62,875 nt of DNA from Azolla caroliniana (taxonomy: Eukaryota; Plantae; Polypodiophyta), in contig JBHGNT010000163.1 of the NCBI GenBank assembly GCA_043228905.1, positions 1 through 62,875 on the forward strand, read 5' to 3'. Below, one piece after another: positions 11,425 to 21,403 of this stretch. The notes under the pieces are model-generated. The model saw only the letters and a list, made by a program, of their open reading frames with translations, did no database searches and was not told where the DNA came from. Within the stretch, counting starts at the first letter, position 1. The number at the start of each line of letters is the position of its first letter. Made by a program: the position numbers and the translations under genes.

Positions 11425-14400
11425 TTACTTTCTAGATCGACCTATATTGCTCACTCTTTTCTGAAGTTTATGCGACTCATCTTCTGATAGAACCTGGGCT
11501 TTCCGGCTAGTTTTATCAAGCTTACGCACACCCATGCTCGCACATTTCTGACCATCCACAGTTTTCTTGATACCATCTGAATTAGAACTCTTGAAATCTT
11601 TTCTTCCGTTATTATTCTGAGATAACACAAAACCATCATTTTCGAAATTATTGCCCGTGAATGGTGGAACTGCACTAATGTTCCTACCCTTTGCATCATC
11701 ATTGGTCACAATATCTGTAGGAAACAAGCAAGAATCGGATTGCAGTAAACGATAACCATAATCAATAAACCGGTGAGCATGACTAAAAGGATCATCCGAC
11801 ACTTCTTTCAAGGACAATAATTCCTTTATTTTTGCAGCAAGATTCTCATGGAGGGATCTCAACCGATCATCTATTAGTTCTATCTTCTCCCTTGTTGATG
11901 CTTGGTTATTAGCAATTAAACATCCTGAAGCACTTTCTGTGAGTTTTTTTATGTCCACTTGCCACGATGTCCAAAGAAATTCAATCTCCTTGTTTGTGAC
12001 TTCAAGGAGATTCTTCCAAAATGCATTAACAGCTCTCTTTATCTCAGCTTTCGCGATATCTGCAGTGAATAACGCAACTTCATTGCCTTCTAGAACTTTC
12101 TGAAGAGTCTCGCTGAAATTTCTGCCTTTATTACATTGCTTGATGAGGGTATTTGAGAGATACTTAAGACCTCTATAATATGCCTTTCTTAAAGCTTCTC
12201 TCACTTGACCAAGGAGGCCTCCATCCATGCCACCACAGAAATACTTTGCTCGAAGGCGTTTCAAGGATAGTTCCCATTTTCCACGAAGTTGAACATGAAG
12301 GTTAACCGCCATAGCCAGCATGTCAGCATCAGCTATCTGTCACAAAAAAAGGCCACAGTATTACATATCACAAACTTATATTTTAAATTATATTGATTGG
12401 ATATAACAACTATAGTCTACATCTATATCTCAAGCATTTTGGATCTCAATTGAAAAGTCCAAGATCAATCAATATGGAAGATAATTTTCAATGCTCAAAA
12501 CTAGATGCAAGTTGCCTGTCAAAATGTTAAGAACACATGATTGTAATGGAGGAGGAAATTTCAAGTCTGTTGTGTGACTTATGGTCAAATTGTGCAATAG
12601 CAAGAAAGCAAGAAGAATCTGCACTCAGGACAATAACCAAAACAAAATTGACAAATTCCAATTTAGACAGAAACAGATAGGGCTCTAGGAGAACAGAATA
12701 GACCTTCTCAAAACGTGCATCTATCAAAGCTACATCACCCCTCATAGAGTTGAGGTTCTCGAGTGCTTGTTCCATAAAATCTTGTGAATCCTTGTTGATC
12801 ATGTGCACAAGCTCATTGGCCTTCTTTCCAACAACTTCTGGACAAAACCCACGAATTATAAATGGACCTAATGAGAAACGATCAGTCTGAATTTCAGATA
12901 GCAACTTGTTCCCCATTGAACCACCGAGATCTCTAATCTCCTCGGGTGTCAGTCGACATTCATCGGCACATTTGCCTAGCAGATATTCTAAACGATCCAT
13001 GTTTAGATTTTGATCTGGATAGCTCTTAATGAATGCACTTCTTGCAACTATTCTTGTAGATCGTTTACATTCGGTTTTCAAAAATTCAATGTATGATGTA
13101 TCTGGCTGCAGGAACAGAAAGCACAAGAATATCATCATAAAGATATTTAATCTTCTTACCATGCATAAAAATAGACAAAACAAAAATTCCATGCTTGCCA
13201 CATAAAAATTTAAGCAAAATTATTTACCACTGTTGGTTGTGCCAAAAAGGTTAAGCTTTGCTGAGTAGAATTAATAATGTGCTGAAGGTCGTTTAACGTT
13301 GGTGGCACACGAACAGAGTGTATCTTTTCCAGTAATTGTGGTATGTTTGTTTCTTTGCAAACTTCCCTAACTTCCTCTTCATTCATCAACAAAGGACAAC
13401 ATTTTTGTCCCTTCGATTCACAGGCCATCTTGTGTAGCTGAGGATTAGAAATCGTTAGATGAAGCGATGCACATAAAAAGGGAAGAACTGGTATAAGGCA
13501 TATTGAGCTTGCAAATAAGCTGTCTATTCTCTTTAGCCCAAGAGCTGCCCCAATACGTTTGCTTTTCACCAATCTACTTACAATCTTCCTGAATATTTTT
13601 TTCAAACTTATGAGTATATTGTCCTTTGAATCAAATCCAGCCACGAGATCCTTAGGGCACAACCCCTTCTTCATGTCTTTCTCTGCAATGCCCACAACAA
13701 CTAGACTGCAGGTTGCAGTTTCATCTATCAGCATTCTCTCTAGAAGAACGCTATCGACAAGTGATGCTTCAGTTTGCACATCAATCACAGACTTGTCCAG
13801 CACAAGCAAGATTAAAGATGTCCGATCAATCGCATCTCTAGTTTCTCTTTGATGCAAAACCCTTGGATCATTAGTGCCAGGCACATCTAGTAGACTTATG
13901 CCACTTTCGAAGCTAGATACTGGAACTTGTATTGATAAGTCTTCGATGAGTTTCCCGAGGTCTTGAGAGAACTTCTCTCTTATTCCTTCTCGGACAAATA
14001 TCCGATCAATGGTGCTCCTACAACCATACATTACATTCATTAGATGGTATAAAAAATAAGGACAATAAAGGGTAAAAAAAACATTTGCATTGGTTGCAAC
14101 CAAGAAAATTTCTAATATATTAAGAATTATATATTTTCTTTTCCGAATGTAGCCTCAATCTATGCCTAAGACACACGAGAATCAATGTGTGCTTATTTAG
14201 GTCTTCAAATATCAGTACTCAATGTAAGAATCAATGTGTGCCTATTACGTATTCAACTAGCAATATCCTCCTTCAAAAAGCGTCTAACTGTGTTACGTGT
14301 ATATGATCAAGAGCCTTTGCGTGTGACAATACAATTTGTGGAAAAAAAGTCGGTATTCACCCTTTTGTATTCTCCGTCTGGATCAATTCCTCTCTGTCCA

Positions 14401-15505
14401 GGAGCCCTCGTTTATTTCCCAATTCATCGATCACCATATGGATTTGCTCTTCAGTGGGTCTTTCTTCAGAACTTGGTATGCCAACAAGCTGGCGTACAAA
14501 CAGCCAAAACTCTCTTAGTTCCGCAATAGTTTGCTCTTCCATAGCCTGACCAGTATTATCTAAAAACTGTCTGAGGTTCCGAAGTTTCTTCCGTAGCTTC
14601 TTTCGGGTAATCCAACGGACTTTACCAGCAAATTTTGGACCATATTCAAGAGAAGTGACCTTTGTGGTGCCTGCATCTCCCATCCGCCCATTTGGGAGGA
14701 TGAAAGGATGCAGGTCATATTGAGGCACATGTTTGTTCATATACGATTGCCTATCCCGAGCACAACAAATCCCAAGGAAATCTTTGAATGAGAGCTTCTC
14801 GCTAACCATGAGTTTGGGAGGTACATATTCTGTTCTACATGCAGGCATGGAAATTCCACCTCCATTGTCATTCTCAAGGTCGGCATCTTCAGGTTCCAAC
14901 TCATTAGGGTGGTGTGAATGGGCCCTTGAGCACTCGCCATAAACCCTTGCACTGTCGCGTAATACTGCCCGAGCCGAGTCGGACCTGATACCTTGAATGT
15001 ATGTCTGACCAGAAGCACATGTCATAGACAACAAAAGGTTCTGCAATGTAAATATGAAGGATCAAAATGAATGAATTAAGGGAGCGTGATCAAGCCGAAA
15101 GAAGCAGGGTGAAATACGCATGCATCCGTAGGTACATGTATATGTGCATGTAAAATGTATAGACATTATGATTACCAGGAGAGTGGATTTCCCACATCCG
15201 GTGCGCCCGAGGACCGCAACAAACTGTTTGTGGCAGGGCCAGAGGGCGGCGAGGTTAGCATGGAGCTGGTGGCACACCAACTGCACCGACTCGAGGGTAG
15301 GCATCATGACGCATACAACACCGCCGCCGGGGCCTCCAGGGCTCCTCATCAGTTCCTCATAGAATGCGCTCAGGGTTTCGACGAGGCTTTGCAGCACGCA
15401 GACGACGTCATCGGCGAGGCTGAGCAGAAATGCAGTGGGGGGTTGGATGTTCAGAAGATCGTGATCGTGATTGTGATTGTGATCACAGGCCATGGATTCC
15501 TCCAT
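11425..15505 (-). CDS. Large dynamin-superfamily (Dynamin_N; SLIP-GC/NUGGC- or bacterial DLP-like) P-loop GTPase, 5 exons, ~1037 aa
   Basis: Exons 15505-15176, 15040-14361, 14017-13228, 13105-12704, 12336-11425 have GT-AG borders and matching phases (3114 nt). G1 VAVLGRTGCGKSTLL|NLLL is joined across intron 1; G2-like LPNG..GDAGTT; G3 LLDVPGTND; long helical C-terminal region. The start could also be the ATG at 15493. Confidence 0.75.
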
Positions 15506-16100
15506 CCCCCTTCCACACACACACACACACTCTCTCTCTCTCTCTCTCTCCTTGATACCTACCTATGTGTTGGCTCCACAGAAGAGACAGAGGAGGAGAG
15601 GGGTTCTGTCTTTCTCTCCTCTCTCTTTATATATATATATATGTATGTCTTTCTCTCTCTTTTGCTTCCCTTGATACCTACCAGTACCTACCTACCTTAC
15701 CTGTCTGATGGCTTCAGAGAAGAAACAGGGGAGGGCAGGGCAGAGAAAGTATGTAAAGAAGAGCTTAGAGGAAGAAGTGTAGTATGTATGTATGTATGTA
15801 TGTATGTAAAAAGAGTGGAGTTTTAGACAGAGAAGGAGGAAGCCAGCCCCATGCTACTACTAACTATGTATATTGTTCTGTTGTTGGCTGCTGGCTAAAG
15901 GAAGGTCTTTTACTTAAGGACTACTACAGTATGTACATAAGGGGGAAAAAAGGCAGCTAAAATTAACAAATAAAACAGCAAAAGCAGCCTTTTTTTTGGG
16001 GGGGTCCATTCAGGGGTTTGAATTCATTCCTCTCTCTCCCTTTGGGCCATTGTTGGCCATTTTGTAACTTACACCACTTGACGGACTATAATCTCCAATG

Positions 16101-16760
16101 TGTGTGTATTCAATAAATAAACCCTTATAATAAAATATAAGGTAAGGTACCTACCTTACCTACCTACCTACCTACGGGGGGGGGGGGGGGATGGAATCTC
16201 CCATGTGTATTCAGTAAATATCCTGATTCCTTATCATAATAATATACATATATTAAGGTACCTCTTGTACCTTTATAGGGAGGGTACATGAGAGAATCAA
16301 GGTATATATTAATGAGCTGCAGCAGTACTTGTTATGAGCTAATCATAATAATGGAGTGACTCTTCTATTTATCACCCCCAATTTCTTCACTTAGTCCTCC
16401 TTCACGCTGTCGAGCAACAACGTTGACACACGAGGCCGATCCGAGATCCACCTCCTAAGACTAGTCACGAGGACTCACTACTATACACAAGTAGCCCCAA
16501 CATAAAGCCAGACACAAGGCTCCTCCTTTCGTCACTGCTTTCTGACGTTATCAACAACTTTGACACACGAGGCCGATCCGAGATCCACCTCCTAAGACTA
16601 GTCACGAGGACTCACTACTATACACAAGTAGCCCCAACATAAAGCCAGACACAAGGCTCCTCCTTTCGTCACTGCTTTCTGACGTTATCAGCTCACGTTG
16701 CAAAGAACCCCTTCTCGAATTTGCTTGTTTCCTCTTTACATATATCGACCCCTCCATACA
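16101..16760 (-). mobile_element. Probable solo LTR (~660 bp) with an internal 137-bp tandem duplication
   Basis: Begins TG (16101) and ends CA (16760), flanked by CAATG at 16096-16100 and 16761-16765. The 137-bp repeat spans ~16414-16690. A CTATAAAGG TATA-like motif lies on the minus strand near 16270-16278. Confidence 0.55.
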
Positions 16761-16877
16761 CAATGTCTTTATAATTACCAACAAATATATTGCACATTAC
16801 TAATTATCTTTGATCTGCAAGTAAGGACAATGATAAAGAGCAATAAAATGTTTTTAGAGATGATGTATGTGTATATA

Positions 16878-17261
16878 ACAATCGGCAACAGTTTAGTTCG
16901 AGAGGGTCAAAAACGAACTGTTTAAAAATTTTGAAACCTGAACCGAACCATGAAACCGTTAAACGGAAGCATTAAAAAAATTTCGAACTGTAACCGTTAA
17001 GCCATTAAACTGGTAAAACTGCGGTTTCGGTTTTCAGCTTAGGTCAAAATTCAAATTTAAAAAATTTCCAAAATGTGAGAATAAGGCATGAAACTGAAAA
17101 GATTGTTAAAAAATAGGTTTTTAATTTTTTTTAAATTAAAAAAATATAAAATATAAAATATAAAAACCATTAAAACCGCGGTTTCTTACGGCTGAAACCG
17201 AACCGAACTGACCCGTTTAAACCGTTAAGCCGCGGGTTTGCGGTTCGGTTCGGTTGATTGT
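16878..17261. mobile_element. Non-autonomous TIR element (MITE-like) rich in AACCG/CGGTT motifs
   Basis: Ends are taACAATC...GATTGTta with TA on both sides. AACCGAACC and CGGTTCGGTT subterminal motifs, AT-rich centre. A homologous left end recurs at ~42678-42786. Confidence 0.6.
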
Positions 17262-17670
17262 TATGTGTGTATATATACAAATACATACATATATGCTTAT
17301 ATGTTATGTATGTTGATGTATGCGTGATAATTAATGTATGTGACAGTATGTCTATAAAAGTATGTATGTATGTATGTATGTATGTGTGTTTTATGTATGT
17401 ATGTATGTATGCATGTTATGTAAGGTATGTATGTGTGTGTTATGTATGTATCATGTATGTACATATGTATGCATGTTAAGTAAGGTATGTGTGTGTGTGT
17501 TATGTATGTATGTATGTATGTATGTATGTATGTATGTATGTATGTATGCATGTTAAGTAAGGTATGTATGTGTGTGTTATGTATGTATCATGTATGTACA
17601 TATGTATGCATGTTAAGTAAGGTATGTGTGTGTGTGTTATGTATGTATGTATGTATGTATGTACGCATGC
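17262..17670. repeat. Compound (TATG)n/(TG)n microsatellite with a higher-order unit
   Basis: gcatgttaagtaaggtatgt..gtgtgtgttatgtatgta recurs about 4 times within TATG runs. Confidence 0.9.
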
Positions 17671-17795
17671 TGATATTGGTTGCTAGGGTTTCTGTACGCA
17701 GTTCATCTTTGCAGGCAGAGACTGAGACTGAGACTGAGACAGAGCAGAGAATACACAGACGAACAGAGCAGAGAATACGCAGACGAACAGAGCAG

Positions 17796-18090
17796 GAGAA
17801 GCAAGAAGAAGAAGAGCCAAGAAGAAGAAGAAGGAAAGGAAGAAGAAGAAGAAGAAGAAGAAGAGCCAAGAAGAAGAAGAAGGAAAGGAAGAAGAAGAAG
17901 AAGAAGAAGAAGAGCCAAGAAGAAGAAGAAGAAGAAGCAAAGGAAGAAGAAGAGCCAAGAAGAAGAAGAAGAAGAAGCAAAGGAAGAAGAAGAGCCAAGA
18001 AGAAGAAGAAGAAGAAGCAGAAGAAGAGCCAAGAAGAAGAAGAAGAAGAAGAAGAAGAAGCAGAAGAAGAAGAGCCAAGAAGAGGAGGAG
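17796..18090 (+). repeat. Purine-rich (GAA)n higher-order repeat immediately upstream of PHF5A
   Basis: GAA runs punctuated by GAGCCAA and GCAAAG/GGAAAG; no T over ~295 bp. Confidence 0.95.
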
Positions 18091-18106
18091 ATCTTGGCAG
18101 CAGGGT

Positions 18107-18439
18107 ATGGCGAAGCATCACCCGGATCTCATCATGTGCCGCAAGCAGCCGGGCATCGCCATCGGGCGGCTCTGCGAGAAATGCGACGGCAAGTGCGTGA
18201 TCTGCGACTCGTACGTGCGGCCCTGCACCCTGGTGCGCGTCTGCGACGAGTGCAACTACGGCTCCTTCCAAGGGCGCTGCGTCATCTGCGGCGGCGCCGG
18301 CATCTCGGATGCCTACTACTGCAAGGAGTGCACGCAGCAGGAAAAGGATCGCGATGGATGCCCCAAGATCGTTAACCTCGGCAGCGCCAAGACGGATCTC
18401 TTCTACGAGCGCAAGAAGTATGGGTTCAAGAAGCGATAG
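18107..18439 (+). CDS. PHF5A: PHD finger-like domain-containing protein 5A (SF3b subunit, Rds3 homolog), 110 aa, intronless CDS
   Basis: [39 protein letters not shown]...[30 protein letters not shown] matches this ultraconserved protein. Confidence 0.98.
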   Translation: MAKHHPDLIMCRKQPGIAIGRLCEKCDGKCVICDSYVRPCTLVRVCDECNYGSFQGRCVICGGAGISDAYYCKECTQQEKDRDGCPKIVNLGSAKTDLFYERKKYGFKKR

Positions 18440-20831
18440 ATGATTTGCCTGTGCGAGCCACTCCCCATTTCAATCCAGTCAGACCCTGCCCCGCCTGCTC
18501 AGCGACTGTTTCTGCCTTCCATCCATGAAGATCATTTTTTGTACAACAGTAAGCTTAGCTTCTCCATGATTACCACCACACTCTCTCAGTCAGCTTTGCA
18601 TGTCTGCTTTGCTAAAAAAGATCCAAGAAAAGTAAAGAAAAATACCACCCTTTTTCATCTTTCTCTGGTCGTCGTTACTGTATCTACCATACATGTGAAA
18701 CGATTCAATCGCTGTTGTTGTGGTTCTCATGTAAAGAGAACATTGTGACTTTGCTCTCTAAATCCTGTTGGAAGTTGATTTCTCTCTCGTAATATCTCCT
18801 TTTTATCATATCATGGTAATTTCTCGTATCACCATATCTGTGTTAGGTTTCTCAGATTGAATCTACTTTTATGTGTGTCTTAACAGTTTTTAGTTTTATA
18901 TAAATATGTTTGTCGAACAATTGTCCCTGCTTTTGAATGCTGTAATGGTCATTTTTCCGACAGTGAACAGAAAATTGAGATCAGTATGTGTGCATCTTTT
19001 ATCTACAACAAATGGTTCATCCCGAAAACATTTTTTGTCTTCTATGGTTTAGTAAATTGAGTTCTATCTTGGAGAATTCTTAGATTTGATTCAAGTAAAA
19101 CTGATTCCTGTTTGTAATGGGTGCTCAACCTTGAAATCTAGTTTTGACATCTTCAAATCTATTTCTAACATTGTAGATTTCAGCAAAAATCTACTTTTTA
19201 CATTTGTAGCTGGATCTCAGTGAGAGTCTTTCTTCTAAGCTTGATGGCATTGCCTGTCTATAATTTTGATGAGGTCATTCTTCAAATCAACCTGGTGGAT
19301 ACAAAGAAAAGCAGGCTCCCTTTACATGCATCTCTGGTTTATTACATGCTTGCTAATCTGTCATTGCCGAACTCAGTTCTGAAACACTTGGTTCTATATT
19401 TTCAAGTAGGCGTCTGTCTTTGCTTGTTGGAATTAAGTGATAGATAGATATTGCAAGCTACAATTTTAATGTATTTCTATCAAGATATTTTCCTTAACGG
19501 TACATAAATACTAATTAATTAGAACTGGTAAATTAATTTTTTATTGCACTGTTACAAGATTGAAAATCTACATTAGATATTTTCCCCAAGGAAATTCCAA
19601 TGATGAGGGGCTGCTTGACTGCCCTGCTTCTATGGCATTGTTTTCCGGCAATTTTCTATTGCATACATGATTCTACTTTTGCGGAACTACAGAATGAATA
19701 TAGATTTATCTCAAAGCCAATCTTGCTCCTTTTTGTGATGTACATTCTCTCCTGTATGCAAATTTGCCAGTGTACCAGAAATGTTTTCCCTGGTGGGTTT
19801 AATTATCGTTGTTGGTCGGTTTGGTTATCTTGTGTTTTAGTATTTTAATCTACTTGAGAATGTTGTTTTTTTGTCATGACTCTATACACGGGTTTTTTGG
19901 GCAGATGATGTGAAATTAATTATTAATCTTTAAAGACTTTATTTGTACAAAGAAACTAGGAGGGAAAGTGCAGTGCTAGGGGTAATATCTGCCTTTTTGG
20001 AATTCATTTTTTTCTTCAGGTGTTATCTTAATGTATGTGATCAACTATATTGACATATTGACTTAAAATATATGCCTTTTGCTGTCTTGATAACAAGGCA
20101 AGACACGCAATACATACAGCTTGTCTTTGTATGCACGAACATATCTAGTTGCATCACACAGTTACATCATATCTTTTGAGAACCTGGGACAGTAGCTATG
20201 ACCTGATGCAGAACAGTATCATTTCTTGAACAAGTAACAGTATCATGCCTTCACGAATTTATCTAGTTTTAGACTATATGGTGTTTTTATGATCCATGAC
20301 AAACTTTAGGATTGCATGTATCTCGTAGTCATAAAGGACACTGAAGTTTGTGTGTTCCTTTACTGCAAATTGGTTATAGGTAGACCCCACAACTATGTTT
20401 ACGCATTTATTCACCCAACCATATTTTCCCCTATACATTGTGTTCCTTTGCTACAACATGCATCAACTTAAAGGTGCAACCCTTGCACAACAAACAAAAC
20501 TTATTTCAAATATTAATTTCCGATTGAACAAAATTATCTTAGGATCAATCAACCTTTCAAATGAATTGATATTCTACTTGACCACAACTAAGTTTAGTTT
20601 GAAAAGCAAGCAATATTCATTCTATACATACAGAAGAAACATTGCTAAGAATGTAAACATTTTATTTCAAGATTGCTAAACAATGCTTGAATAGGGCCCA
20701 ATGAAGACATCCAAGAGAGCATGCGAGAGTAAGAGAAAGAAGCCACATCAATGTAAATCCAATAGTTCGATCTACATTAAATATTTGGTGAGTTTATCTT
20801 TGTAAACTCAAGAGGTGAAGTCATCTCTCAT

Positions 20832-21200
20832 CCTTGTATGAGTTTCCACATATTAGCTTACATGGCTTCACACTTGGACATAATTTCAAATCCATTGCTT
20901 GTAAAAATTGGAGTTCACCTGCACACTTTTGATGTCTTAATACCCACTTACATGTTTACATTCCATCTAATTTAGGTGTTTATATATGCTTTTGCATAAT
21001 GATAAGAACAATACCTTTTGTATGAGGTTCCACACATTATCTTATATGGCTTCACACTTGGACATAACATCAAATTCATTGTTCAATAGAATTTGAACAC
21101 ACTACCACACTTCCGATGTCTTAGAATCCACCTACATGTTTATTATTCCATCTGCTTTAGGTGATAGATAAATCCAACATGTTTATATATGCTTGCATAC
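20832..21200. repeat. ~183-bp diverged tandem duplication downstream of the mCSF gene
   Basis: tgtatgag.ttccaca.atta.ctta.atggcttcacacttggacataa...gatgtctta...cca.acatgttta.attccatct occurs twice. Confidence 0.8.
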
Positions 21201-21403
21201 TGATTAGAACTATCCTGATGCCAAAGTACATCTTTTAGCCAAAACCTTTCCACCTTCTATCACCCAAAGATTGTTGTCTTGTAGTCAGCACTATGGCTAA
21301 GATGTGACTTGCCAAACCTCTTGTTCCTGTCAAGATTAAATGCGATGCTTTGCTCCTCCATCTGCCTTTTGAGACCTCAATCTGTGTGTTATTTGTTTCA
21401 CTT

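Noticed and set aside
15155-15826. 223-aa plus-strand ORF
   Set aside because: Antisense shadow of the GC-rich GTPase exon 1 running into microsatellites.
17487-18375. Long K/E/R-rich and S/F/L-rich ORFs overlapping PHF5A, or an N-terminal extension of PHF5A
   Set aside because: These are artefacts of the stop-free GAA repeat. The PHF5A frame has in-frame TGAs at 17723-17737 and no ATG between them and 18107.
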